Part shown: positions 49,187 to 62,576 of the stretch, in pieces
How positions within the stretch are numbered: position 1 is the stretch's first letter
How the letters are laid out: every line of letters starts with the position of its first letter
Source: Octopus sinensis
Taxonomy: Eukaryota
Reading direction: 5' to 3'
DNA length: 64,000 nucleotides
NCBI RefSeq assembly: GCF_006345805.1
Contig: NC_042997.1
Span: 189,534,001-189,598,000, forward strand
Notes under the pieces: model-generated
Told to the model about the DNA's origin: nothing
Seen by the model: only the letters and a program-made list of their open reading frames with translations
The model's database searches: none
Made by a program: the position numbers and the translations under genes

Positions 49187-50265
49187 CCATTTCTTTACTG
49201 CCCACAAGGGGCTACACACAGAGGGGACAAGCAAGGACAGACAAACGGCTTAAGTCGATTATATTGACCCCAGTGCGTAACTGGTACTTATTTAATCGAC
49301 CCCGAAAGGATGAAAGGCAAAGTCGACCTCGGCAGAATTTGAACTCAGAACGTAGCGGTAGACAAAATACCTATTTCTTTACTACCCACAAGGAGCTAAA
49401 CACAGAGAGGGGACAAACAAGGACAGACAAACGGATTAAGTCGATTACATCGACCCCAGTGCGTAACTGGTACTTATTTAATCGACCCCGAAAGGATGAA
49501 AGGCAAAGTCACCCCGGAAGAATTTGAACTCAGAACGTAACAGCAGACGAAATACCGCTAAGCATTTCGCCCGGCGCGTTAACAATTCTGCCAGTTCCCC
49601 GTCTTAAATATACCGACTTTGATTAAAGTACTAAAAATTGACTCTTTACACTATAAGATTTTTTATGCTCACTTATTTTCCTATTTTGATATCCTCCTAC
49701 ATATTTACTGGGTTCTTATATTTCATAAATATTGAGTTCTAATATAGACTCTAGATTACAAATTCGGGAGAGAGTATGTACAATTAAATTACAGTACTGG
49801 GCTGATATTTTATTCATGTTAACACAATCTATGTGTGAATTTCTGAGATGAGGACTGATCATCATTAAACACTGATATGTTCAGACTAATGTCCTCACCT
49901 TGGTTGCTATCGTCACAACATTTCAGGCCCCTGTACCCATCAACCTTCTTCATATGTCTGTTGTATTCTCTAACGTTCTCAGGATGTCGAACCGAACCCT
50001 TTACTAAATCCACCTGTGTATATTATTATTCTTATTTCTTTACTACCCACAAAGAGCTAAACACAGAGAGGACAAACAAGGACAGACAAAGGGATTAAAT
50101 CGATTACATCGACCCCAGTGCGTAACTAGTACTTAATTTATCGATCCCGAAAGGATGAAAGACAAAGTCGACCTCGGCGGAATTTGAACTCAGAACGTAA
50201 CGGCAGACGAAATATCGCTCGGAATTTCGCCCGGCATGCTAACGTTACTGCCAGCTAGCCGCCTT
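49187..50265 (-). mobile_element. Family A SINE multimer (49187-49605) and monomer (50030-50265)
   Basis: Junction aaaatacctatttc at about 49365-49378, the same as in the other multimers. Confidence 0.9.
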
Positions 50266-50882
50266 GCTCATACCAAGGATGTATTCTCATGTTACTTACT
50301 CTCCTAATTGTGATATTATTTGCACGCAAAACTTGAAGCAGAGTATATACTTTTTTGACTGATCTAGGGATTGAACTCACTGCCACTAACTAAACCAACA
50401 CCCTTAATACTTTATCGATATGTATATTATTTTATTCTTTTATTGGTTTCAGTCATTTGACTGACTGCGACAATGCTAGAGCACCACCTTATTTTCATGG
50501 ATAGATATCCGCTGTTTAGAAATTATTTTAACGATCTTGGCTGGCTTTATGAAAGAAGACACTTGCCCAAGGTGCCACGCAATGTGACTGAACCCGGTAC
50601 CATATGGTTGGGAAGCAAGCTTCTTACAACACAGCTACGCTATTGTTCCGCAGTGCACTTGGGAATTTGGAATTCAGGGCTTTTAGTATATAGCCGTGGA
50701 TTCAAATGTTCTTTTTAATTAAAGGTCGTGGTTTCGATTCCAGGACTGGGCGGTGCGTTGGGTTCATTTCACGTTGCTCCTATTCACTCAGCTATAAAAA
50801 AGAGTAACACTGCGACGGACTAGCGTCCCATTCAGGAGTTGGGTGGAATGTTATGATCTTGATCATTTATACACCATGGAAA

Positions 50883-52301
50883 TTGGTCCATGGGCAGCAG
50901 GATAGGGATGGTGTTGAGTGGAAGGTAGAGAGCCTTTTTTTTTTATAAACTTAAACTCTTCAAAGATGTTATCTTCGAGGTTAGGTGGTCGAACAGGTAC
51001 ATTGTCTAGGAAGTGAGGGGCTTGCTGGGGTAGGTTATATTCCTAGAGATATTTGTTAACGTCAGGACCAAAGAACAAAATTCCTCCACTCCACAGACAA
51101 CTGTCCGGTGACCCACGCCCACGGGTTTGCCCTCTACACAACCTGTAATTTTCTTTCAGAATCTTATGTGACTTAAAGCAGCGGTTTAATCTTGCAGTCG
51201 ACGTTCGCAATAGCACACAGTGCAAGGGTTAGCCTACTCTCCATGGGTTTGTGGCCTGACATCCTCTTCTCCTCTGGCGATATATAAGTCCTTCTTGGCA
51301 TCTTCTTCCAAATAAATCCCGTCTCGTCACAGTTGAAGACTTGCTGGGGGACGTATTCTTTGGCTACTATGGTTTTGAAGTAATTTTCAGCTGTCTTCAT
51401 ATCCGCGTTCGCTGCCTCACCATGTCTGACAACGTAGTGAATGTCGGTCCTCTTAAAATTCTGGAACCATCCCCAACTGGCTTTAAACGACTCGCCCGAT
51501 GCCTCATCCGTACAAGTGCCTGGGGTCTGCTGCAGTTAACCAGCGTAAATAGCTCGTGTTTTCTCACAGATTATAGCCTCTGTCACAGTCTCTTCAACGA
51601 ACTGCTTCTCTGTCAGCCACAGAGACCTCCCCATATTTTCATGGATAGATATCCGCTGTTTAGAAATTATTTCAACGCTCTTGGCTGGCTTTATAGCCTT
51701 TAACGACTCCTTCTACTTCAGTATGGTGCAGATCGTAGAAGTGCTACGCTCGTACTGCTTCGCCAAGTCGACTACGCGCACACTTTGGTCAAGTTTTACG
51801 ATAATTTCTTTCTTTAATACAATGCGCACCATCCGCTTTTTCTTCTCAGCATTGTCCTTCGCACTCACTTTTTTCGGACCCATGGTTAGGGAAACGAACT
51901 TTTGCAAAATAACTACAATCACAATTGCGAGCACAACACTGATACTTTTGTGGCATGCAACAACAAAGTAAGCATTTTACCGTTCATATACCTAACGATC
52001 CACTAACAGTCCACTAACAATCTTTGCACGTCCTTACGCGCATGTCTGTCTAGCTATCGATCTACCTATGATCTTTGCACTTGCTAACGTGTATGTCTGT
52101 CTAGCTGTCGAATAAAACACGGGATGCGAAGCGGATGTTGCGGCGTTCACTGTGGCGTTCGCTACGCCAACTGGCCTTGGGGCATCTGAAGCTGGCTCGT
52201 AACCCGAATTTTAGCTCACAACACAAAGCAAAAAATCGGCCAAGAGACGACTCGTATCTCGAAAAACCCGTTAATTGGGACACTCGTAAGTCAAGGTACC
52301 A

Positions 52302-52304
<3 letters not shown>
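50883..52304 (-). mobile_element. Tigger/pogo DNA transposon, 3'-truncated, with disrupted transposase
   Basis: TIR cagtggtaccttgacttacgag at 52304 in a (TA)n site. Translation shows MGPKKVSAKD..KKRM (psq HTH), FKASWGWFQNFK..IH.VVRHGEAA (CENP-B HTH) and the DDD triad NCDETG, LDN and PMDQ, with frameshifts. Confidence 0.9.
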
Positions 52305-52375
<71 letters not shown>

Positions 52376-53041
52376 TGTGTCTGTGGAGAGTCATTCTCTT
52401 TTAGTACCTTATAATTTAACACACTCACCGGTAAAGTTTCCACTCATTTATTTATTCATTTTTCTAAAATTTTGGTTGGGTCGTGCAACCTTTTCAATAT
52501 ATATATATATACATAATTAACAATTGAATGATAGATGTCAATTCATAACAGTCGTTTCATTATAAAAAAACCGTTTTCACCAGCTGGATACATGAATTTC
52601 ACAAGCAAGGACATTTAATAATTTTTTTATAATTTTCTAAATCCACGGCATATACATCTCTCTTGATTTCACGAACGGTGCTTACAGCAGAATTCTGTTT
52701 GTTTTCCGAACCTAAATTTTATATATTTCTTTAATGTAAAATGTGAAATTACAACTTTCATTGTGACATTATGTTACATGGGGTGTAAGTATCATTACAT
52801 GCAAAAATGTTATCTCTCCTGGAATATTACAATAAGTGTATGAAACAATAAAATGATATTAAAAAAACATAGAAAAAAGAATATGATAACAATGTTTAGT
52901 AAAATAGAAATAATAAAGACAAAAAAAAAACGAAATCAAGCTAGAAGGGCGAGAGGTGGGAAAGGAGAAAAAAGTAATAAAGAGCAGATAATAAATATGA
53001 TATTGGAATACACGCGCGCAGACTTAAATATACGCATACGT

Positions 53042-53271
53042 TTCTTTATTACCCACAAGGGGCTAAATATAGAGGGGTCAAACAAGGACAGACATAGGTA
53101 TTAAGTCGATTATATCGACGCCAGTGTGTAACTGGTACTTAATTTATCGACCCCGAAAGGATGAAAGGCAAAGTCGACCTCGGTTGAATTTGAACTTAGA
53201 ACGTAACGGCAGACGAAATATCGCTCGGCATTTCGCCCGGCGTGCTAACGGTTCTGCCAACTCGCCGCCTT
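53042..53271 (-). mobile_element. Family A SINE with 14-bp TSD
   Basis: atatacgcatacgt at 53028-53041 and 53272-53285. Confidence 0.95.
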
Positions 53272-53666
53272 ATATACGCATACGTATGTCAGTTGTATAA
53301 ACACGTAAATTTACGAGTAGTTTTTGAAAGGGGAGAAGAAACTGCAGCACAATATGAAGATATCGAAAGTGGAGAAGACACTGCAACCCACTATGGTAAG
53401 ATATTTCATCGTGTCTATTTAATCTGCTAATGATGGTAAAGATCAGGTGGGTTTGATATATCGGTATAAATGTCTACATATTTCAAAAATTTCAGATTAG
53501 AATTTGAATAGCGGCCAGACTGTGTAAACCTAGAATTTGTGACGTTTCTATCTGTTAACAACCTTCCATTTAATGTTGTAAAGGAAAGTGTTTTTTTCTC
53601 TTTTTTTCAATTGCCAGACATAACTGGATAATTCTTCATGCTTTTTTTTATGGGTTTCAAAGAAGT

Positions 53667-53897
53667 ATTCTTTCTTTTATTCTTTTACTTGTTTCAGTCA
53701 TTTGACTGCGGCCATGCTGGAGCACCGCCTTTAATCGAGCAACTCGACCCCGGGACTTATTCTTTTGTAAGCCCAGTACTTATTCTATCGGTCTCTTTTG
53801 CCGAACCGCTAGGTAACGGGGACATAAACACACCAGCATCGGTTGTCAAGCAATGCTAGGGGGACAAACACAGACACACAAACACACACACGCATAT

Positions 53898-53964
<67 letters not shown>

Positions 53965-54129
53965 GACGGGCTTCTTTCAGTTTCCGTCTACCAAATCCAC
54001 TCACAAGGCTTTGGTTGGCCCGAGGCTATAGTAGAAGACACTTGCCCAAGGTGCCACGCATTGGGACTGAACCCGGAACCATGTGGTTGGTAAACAAGCT
54101 ACCTACCACACATCCACTCCTGCGCCTAT
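53667..54129 (-). mobile_element. Family B SINE, full length
   Basis: Reverse-complement match with internal (TA)n. Confidence 0.95.
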
Positions 54130-54478
54130 GAGGGTAATATATCTGTTACTACCTCCTTCGGTCATGACTATGTGATGCTTCTATACTATATTTTGGTTTA
54201 GTTAGGTAAAAATAAATTCCACTGCTTGTACATGGGTATGGGGTTACCTAATTATACATCGAGCAAATATCTAAAAGTTACATCTGATGAGTCTCAAATT
54301 AACCACCATAAAAAACATGAAAATCAGAACAGCTTATAATCAATAGTCGCTGTGTACAACAACAACAACAATAATAATAATAATAATGATAATAATAATA
54401 ATTTTTGGTACGAGAGCAGCTTGGGAGAGGGGATTAAGTCGATTACATCATTATTATTGTTATTATTATTATTATAAT

Positions 54479-54511
<33 letters not shown>

Positions 54512-54521
54512 TAATAATAAT

Positions 54522-54710
54522 AATAACATCGAAAAGGACCTTAGGAATGAGAACTCAGGTTCGAAAATTCCCCAAGACACCTGATGAAGGCTGGAGGGTA
54601 TATCAGCCGAAACTTTGTGTTAACAACAAACAAGATAAAGACAAATATCCGTCAAATGTAAATAATGTAAATACTGTTCACAATTCCTAATCTCTGAAAT
54701 ATAGAACTAT
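54522..54710 (+). mobile_element. Penelope-like non-autonomous 3' segment (same family as 4838-5200)
   Basis: (AAT)n then aacatcgaaaaggaccttaggaatgagaactcaggttcg...aaatatccgtcaaatgtaaataatg...aaatatagaact, ending in (TA)n. Confidence 0.75.
54576..54621 (+). ncRNA. Minimal type-I hammerhead ribozyme motif (one substitution in stem III)
   Basis: gacac CTGATGA a ggctg gagggtatat cagcc GAAA CT TT gtgtt. The core is canonical with 5-bp stems I and II; stem III reads CT instead of CG. Confidence 0.65.
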
Positions 54711-54826
54711 ATATATATATACATACATATATATATATATATATATCAATAATATATATCTATGCATACATACATCTGACTATCTCTCTCTCTCTCTCTT
54801 TATATATATATATATATATATATATA

Positions 54827-54886
<60 letters not shown>

Positions 54887-54892
54887 CATACA

Positions 54893-54923
<31 letters not shown>

Positions 54924-55115
54924 TATACTTAATACACACACGCACAAACACATATAAAACAAAAGATAGATAGGTGTCAGTTCTGACTGCCTCCTCTTTC
55001 TCAATATACAATATCTCTACATTACTTCAAACATTGTATACACACACACACACACACATACACACATACACATATTTACGTACAGACATGCACCCACATA
55101 TATGTATGTATATAC

Positions 55116-55417
55116 GTTTGTTCCTACTCGAGCCATGCCTGGCTCATAAGGGCCGGTTTCCCGTATTCCTTGGCGTATAGGTTCCCCACCTGGACGGGAC
55201 GCCGGTCCGTCGCAGGTGAGTTGCAAGATGCAGGAGGAAAGGGTAAGAGAAAGTTGTGGCGAAAGAGCCAGCAGAAGTTCGCCATTACCTTCTGCCGGAG
55301 CCGCGTGGAGCTTAGGTGTTTCGGTCATAAACACACACATCGCCCGGTCTGTGATTCGAACCCGCGATCCCTCGACCGCGAGTCCGCTGCTCTAACCACT
55401 AGGCCATGTGCCTCCAC
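55116..55417 (-). mobile_element. Family C SINE, tail type ii
   Basis: Very close match (about 94% by eye) to 45156-45461 in the opposite orientation. Confidence 0.95.
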
Positions 55418-55452
55418 ATGTATGTATGTATGTATGTATGTATGTATGTATG

Positions 55453-55499
<47 letters not shown>

Positions 55500-56016
55500 G
55501 ACCTTTATATAAATAACGTGAAATACACGAAGAGACGAACAATATATATATATACGTATATTTATATGTATACATGTAAAAATTTTATTTGTGTGTATGT
55601 ATTGCGGCTGCAGAATACTGCATAAGTATAAATTTGTTTTATAAAAATTGCACTTGGCTATGATCCTTATAATTATGTACATAACATATATTCACACATG
55701 CTCTATCTCTATCACGCACACACACACAAACACACACACACACACACACGCACACGCACACGCATTTAGATACATACAAGTAATCACACCAATGTAGCAT
55801 GCAAGTGCACACTGAATGCGTTTATGTTTGGAATAATGTTTATATGTATGGGCTTTGTAAATTCCTAACAGAGCTGCAAGGCGGTATTTCCTTTGAGCAG
55901 GCTTTCACATCCATTAAAGCACAAAGCAATCGTTTCATGGTAGCATCAACTCTGAATGACCATGAACCACCGTTTCTGCAGTTATTGATGCTGTATTTTT
56001 TTCATTATTTTTTTTC

Positions 56017-56017
<1 letters not shown>

Positions 56018-56106
<89 letters not shown>

Positions 56107-56169
56107 TAAAAATAGTACTGATAATAATAATAATACTACTACTAATAATAATAATGTGATGATGATGAT

Positions 56170-56222
<53 letters not shown>

Positions 56223-56239
56223 TAATAATAATAATAACA

Positions 56240-56282
<43 letters not shown>

Positions 56283-56384
56283 TATATGATGATGATGATG
56301 ATAATAATAATAATAATAATAATAATATAATAATAATAATAATCTAATAATAATAATAATGATGATAATAATAATGATGATGAA

Positions 56385-56430
<46 letters not shown>

Positions 56431-56460
56431 TAATAATAATAATAATAATAATAGTAATGA
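56018..56460. repeat. Long (AAT)n/(GAT)n tract
   Basis: Directly visible; it explains the poly-N, poly-I and poly-L ORFs. Confidence 0.95.
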
Positions 56461-57037
56461 TATTGCAGCTGATAGTAAAATAAAATATAAACAACATATA
56501 GGCAATTGTCAGCTTAGTGCAAATAAAACAACAACAAAAAAATAGGAAAAAATTAGATACAGAGTAAAATTGTTAAAAAAAAAATGGAAGCAAACTCTAC
56601 CCTGAAATTATCTTATGGACCATGAAATAGTCTGAGTAGTGATGCATGCATTTTATTTTCTAAACTAACAATCAGTAATGGTAAAGCAGCCGTAACGATT
56701 ATACATTTTATAGTTGAGATCAAAAAATTTAACAATAAACCAAAACGATCGGTGGAGAAAAGTAATTAGGAAGTAGACTTGTTTGAAAGTACCAGAGGAC
56801 CACAGTCTTCATTATTATAATAATGCTTTTTATTGTCATTTTTTTTTTATTATTGATTTCGGGATTACTATTCGGCCGTTGAAGAGCGGAAACAGTCGAA
56901 CATCAGAAAAAAAAAAGAGGCATTGCGGAAATAATTCTATTCCGGCTCTTTACGTTCTGCGTTCAAATCCTGCTAATGTCAACTTTTCATTTTGTCAATC
57001 CGGTGCCGATAAAGTAAAGTTTTTTTAAATTTTTATG

Positions 57038-57570
57038 CGCCCTTTTCAAGTCTAGCCAGGCTCATGGGCCCGGTTTCTATGGTGTATGTGTTACACCCAG
57101 CTGGACGGGCGGGACGCCAGTCCATCGCAGCGTTAATCAAGACACAGGAAAAAAGAGTGAGAGAAAGTTTGGGCGAATGAGTACAACAGAGGTCGCCATC
57201 ACCCCCTGCCGGAGCCACGTAGAGCTTTAGGTGTTTTCGCTCAATAAACACACACAACGCCCGGTCTGGGAATCGAAACCGCAATCCTCCGACCGCGAGT
57301 CCGCTGCCTCCGACCGCGAGTCCGCGCCCTTTTAAGGCCTAGCCAGGCTCATGGGCCCGGTTTCCCAGTTTCAATGGCGTATGAGTTCCCCAGCTGGACG
57401 GGACGCCAGACCATCGCAGCGTTACTCATTTTTGCCAGCTGAGTGGATTGGAGCAACGTGAAATGAAGTGTTTTGATCAAGAACACAACGCCTCGCCCGG
57501 TCCAGGAATCGAAACCACAATCTTACGATCATGATGCTGACCCCTTAACCACTAGCCCACGCGCCTCCAT
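57038..57570 (-). mobile_element. Tandem family C and family D SINEs sharing one tail (type iv)
   Basis: Both begin on the plus strand with gcgccctttt..agccaggctcatgggcccggtttc (57038 and 57324). Bodies differ: gagagaaagtt..gcg for C and gagcaacgtgaaat..ttgatcaagaacac for D. Confidence 0.85.
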
Positions 57571-57664
57571 GATAAAGTAAAGTACCAAGTAATTGCTAAA
57601 GTCGATATAATCAACTTTATTTTCCCCGAAAGTTGAGGCCTTATGTCCCTGCTGGAAATCTATA

Positions 57665-58345
57665 TAAAGCAGCGAGCTCGCAGGGCTGTTTGCACGCCAG
57701 GCAAAATGCTCAGCTCAACTGATATTTATTTCATCTATCTTGAAAAGATGAGAGGCCAAATCGACCTCGGCAGCATTTGAACTCAGAAGGTAAAACAGAC
57801 GAAATTCCACTAAGTTCTTTGTCTGGCTTGTGCTAACGATTTTGCCAGCTCGTCTCTTTAAATAATTGTTTCTAGTATAGATATAATGCCTGAAATTTTG
57901 TGGGGAGAGAATAACCGATTACATCGACCCCAGTGCTCAACTGATACTTATTTACTGGGGTCGCTGTAATAGACTAGCCTCTTCCCCAAAATTTTAGGTC
58001 TGATCGACCCCAGTACGCAACTGGCACTTAATTTATCGACCCCAAAAGGATGAAAGGCAAAGTCGACCTCGGTAGAATTTGAACTCAGAATGTAAAGACA
58101 AACGAAATACCTATTTCTTTACTACCCACAAGGGGCTAAACACAGAGAGGAAAAACAAGGACAGACAAACAAATTAAGTCGATTACATCGACCAGTGCGT
58201 AACTGGTACTTAATTTATCGACCCCCGAAAGGATGAAAGGCAAAGTCAACCTCGGCGGAATTTGAACTCAGAACGTAGCGGTAGACAAAATAACGCTAAA
58301 CATTTCGCCCGGCGTGCTAACGCTTCTGCCAGCTCGCCGCCTTTG
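57665..58345 (-). mobile_element. Family A SINE copy plus multimer
   Basis: Junction cgaaatacctatttc at 58103-58117. Confidence 0.85.
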
Positions 58346-58701
58346 ATAAAAATATTTGATAAAATATACATCATGGAAACAATTGAATTCACAACACCAG
58401 CCTAATAATTTTAGGAATCACAAAAGGGATATCCAGTATTGCCCTTGAAATATAGCAAGCAGTTGGTAGTGAAATTTATTGAATGAAAATCAGCGTAAAT
58501 CTGCATAAATTTATAATATGAAACTGAATGTTTATATTATTTGTCATAGATATACACATAATCTTTCACTTCTCAAAATGTTGCTTGTTTTTCAAAAGAA
58601 TAAAAAAGCACCACCCACAAGAAACTTGCTGTTATATGAATTAACATAATGACATTCTTATCGTGACAACTCAGTCAATATCACTATATAACTCAGTATA
58701 T

Positions 58702-59121
<420 letters not shown>

Positions 59122-59514
59122 ATGTATATAAAAAAGAATCTGATGAAAACAAAATAAAATTTTATTAATTATTTCTATGAAAAAACATTAGAAGACATTC
59201 CCCTCTGGCTGAGAGCATAAGAACGTCGCTTCGTAACTCTGTATTTTCTGAACCACTAGAGACACTCATAACAATCGCTAAAACGATCAGATTATTTAGG
59301 TAAGATTGTTAAGAATATTATTTCTCATATCTAAATATAGAAAAAATATACAAAAATACAGTAATTTACGCGAAAATTAGTGCGTTTGTTGGTAATTGTT
59401 GTAGTAACCCTCCTGCGGTACAACAATATATATATCAACACAAAGTTCAAATTAAGAATCTTGCAAATCAAATACAAAACGCGGTTGTACTTTTCTTTAC
59501 TTATATACGTATAA

Positions 59515-59848
59515 TGTTGGAAGTTTCGATTCCCAGACCGGGCGTTGTGAGTGTTTATTGAGCGAAAACACCTAAAGCTTCACGAGGCTCCGACAGGGGA
59601 TGGTGGTGATCCCTGCTGTACTCTTTCACCACAACTTTCTCTCACTCTTACTTCCTGTTTCTGTTGTACCTGTATTTCAAAGGGCCGGCCTTGTCACTCT
59701 CTGTGTCACGCTGAATATCCCCGAGAACTACGTTAAGGGTACACGTGTCTGTGGAGTGCTCAGCCACTTACACGTTAATTTCACGAGCAGGCTGTTCCGT
59801 TGATTCGGATCAACCGGAACCCTCATCGTCGTAACCGACGGAGTGCTT
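59515..59848 (+). mobile_element. Family C SINE, 5'-truncated, tail type v
   Basis: B box gtttcgattcc, body caccacaactttctctcactct and a unique tail ending gtaaccgacggagtgc. Confidence 0.8.
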
Positions 59849-60108
59849 TCATAATGTTGGAAAGGAAGTCCTGTAGATTTCATGATGGGCAAGAAAGAAA
59901 TGCTTGTTTGGTCTTAATTGATATATTTAATCAAGATAATATTTACCATCCATTATTGATAACTCTATCTATTTGGCAAACCGTTGATCTTTTGGGTATG
60001 AAATACTTCAGATTTTTTGGCAAAGAAACACTCAATATCATTTTTAATCTTTTTGTAATTAATAACTTACTTTCGCTCAAACTAATGTTGCAATGATTTG
60101 TAAAAATG

Positions 60109-60995
60109 ATAGGGCGCAGGAATGACTGTGTGGTAAGTAGCTTGCTTACCAACCACATGGTTCCGGGTTCAGTCCCACTGCGTGGCACCTTGGGCAAGTG
60201 TCTTCTACTATAGCTTCGGGCCGACCAAAGCCTTGTGAGTGGATTTGGTGGACGGAAACTGAAAGAAGCTCGTCGTATATATGTATATATATATGTGTGT
60301 GTGTGTATGTTTGTGTGTCTGTGTTTGTCCCCCTAGCATTGCTTGACAACCGATGTTGGTGGGTTTATGTCCGCGTAACTTAGCGGTTCGGCAAAAGAGA
60401 CCGATAGAAAACTGGGCTTACAAAGAATAAGTCCCGGGGTCGATTTGCTCGACTAAAGGCGGTGCTCCAGCATGGCCGCAGTCAACTGACTGAAACAAGT
60501 CAAAGAGTAAAAGAGGGAGTAAGAGCAAGAGTAAGGAGGACGTGGCAAAACTTTCATATTTGATGTCTTAATCTATTTCTAAGTGATTTAGACAATATAT
60601 ATAACCATGCGCTATTGTGTAAAAGTAACATCTTTTTACTACTGACCAATGACGGGCTCTTTTTCTGCAAATTTTTGTGCAGTGCTTTCAATTAACAACA
60701 CTACTTCTACACATTTACTGTTTCGTTTTGTTTTAACACGTCACGATAAACAACACCCTTTACAAACCTATTTCTTTACTACTCACAAGGGGCTAAACAC
60801 AGAGAGGACAAACAAGGACAAACAAATGAATTAAGTCGATTATATCGGCCCCAGTGCGTAACTGGCACTTATTTAATCGACCCCGAAAGGATGAAAAGCA
60901 AAGTCGACCTCGGCGGAATTTGAACTCAGAACGCAGCGGCAGACGAAATACGGCTACGCATTTCGCCCGGCGTGCTAACGTCTCTGCCAGCTCGC
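60109..60995. mobile_element. Family B SINE (+, 60109-60535) and family A SINE (-, 60768-60995)
   Basis: Consensus matches. Confidence 0.9.
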
Positions 60996-61214
60996 AGCCA
61001 GTCTTGCACTTGTCTTCGAAAAATATTTTCCTAATTAACCACAAAGTTTTGAGAAACATTTTGAAGACAGTACCGGACGATACAAATAAAATATATAGGG
61101 AGTTTAGAGCTACCGGTCTCTAATCTCTTTTAACAATTTTTCTAGCAAATTTTAATTCTTCTTCATCTATGTGAAAGCAAAAGAAATAGGGGCGATATTT
61201 GCATTTTTATGTTT

Positions 61215-61587
61215 TACTAGCAGTATCGCCCGGCGTTGCTCGGGTTTGTAAGGGAAATAACTATATAAGCATTTTTAGAGATGTAAAGTATAATAGCCAT
61301 CTCAATATGGCTAACCACAAAGGGGTGTTACTGTAGCTTTTTACGTTCTGAGATTTAATAATACATTTTTAGAGAGTTACTTCCTTTATATAATAGCAAA
61401 AAAATGCATTAAAAATGGGAAAAAATGATGGTAAATCGTAGACTCATCGTAGACGCGCGCTAATACTCAGAAGATACTCGACTATAAGATACCCGCTTTT
61501 GGTTACACTGCACCGCAAAATGTGGGAGTAGTTAGGAATCTAAATCGTAGGAGACAGACACACAACCTTACTTTTATATATAAAGAT
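61215..61587 (+). mobile_element. Second Helitron/Helentron-like non-autonomous element
   Basis: Same first about 60 bp as 26361-26735, a different interior, ends cttttatatataaagat, and sits in a T-run. Confidence 0.6.
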
Positions 61588-62087
61588 TTCTTTCGTATAG
61601 TTGTTATTATTGTTGTTATTGTTGTTGTTGCTGCTGCTATCACTACTGCCACTGTTGCTGTCACTGCTGCTTATGTTGCTGTTGTTGTTCTCTTTGTCGA
61701 AACCTAAAGTTTTAGATATTCCAGTTACCTCACTAAGTTTAGTCCATTCGATGTTAATATTCTCATTTCTTTCCTTGTTCTCAAATGTTTTCAAGGAGCG
61801 CGTTCCTTTATCGAACATTTTGATGGCTTCTTTATCAGCTATCTTTACAAACATTGCAGAAAATTGCGAAATATCTGTTTTTGCCGAAAGCAGTTCAAAT
61901 TCAAAAATTATTTATGCGCACCCCTGCAAAACAGGGGGTGTTTCTACACAAAAATACTATCTGCACAATCCAGGCAATCTCGGAAATGTAATGATAACAA
62001 AAGAAATGAAAGGTCGAAAAGTTTACAAATACTCTTACAACTTACGGAGCACCAAATTTCCGTATAGCGGCCATGATTATAATAATA

Positions 62088-62141
<54 letters not shown>

Positions 62142-62541
62142 GTCAGAGATCATGAAGAAAAAAAATGCTTTCTAATTGATGTATCAATACCGGCAGATGA
62201 CAACGTGTCTCTAAAAGAAATGGAGAAACTCTCAAAATACAAAGACCTGGAAATAGAGGTAACTAGAATGTGGAACCTGAAAACAGAAACAATTCCTATC
62301 ATAGTAGGTGCATTAGGCATGATAAAAAAATATTCAGACAAATACATAACAAAAACACCAGGACTTACAAACACATATAACATACAGAAAATTGCACTAC
62401 TAGGCACTGCACACATCCTACGCAGAACACTTTCCATACAATAACCATCAGAGCATCACAACAAATCACAGCACATACCCAAGGCACACAGAGCTGCGCT
62501 CGGTAGTGAAGTGAAAGCACGCTATGAAAATAAAACTACTG
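62142..62541 (+). mobile_element. 5'-truncated R4/Dong LINE (restriction-like endonuclease C-terminus plus 3' UTR) in (AAT)n
   Basis: Intact frame VRDHEEKKCFLIDVSIP...KEMEKLSKYKDL...IPIIVGALG...LLGTAHILRRTLSIQ* (stop 62442-62444) shows the RLE PD..D..K-type motifs. (AAT)n lies on both sides. Confidence 0.9.
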
Positions 62542-62576
62542 AATAATAATAATAATGATAATAATAATAATAATAA

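Noticed and set aside
55799-56497. Poly-Asn, poly-Ile and poly-Leu ORFs (also 10704-11018, 37298-37775 and 61601-62155)
   Set aside because: Translations of (AAT)n, (GAA)n and (GTT)n tracts with no non-repetitive coding support.
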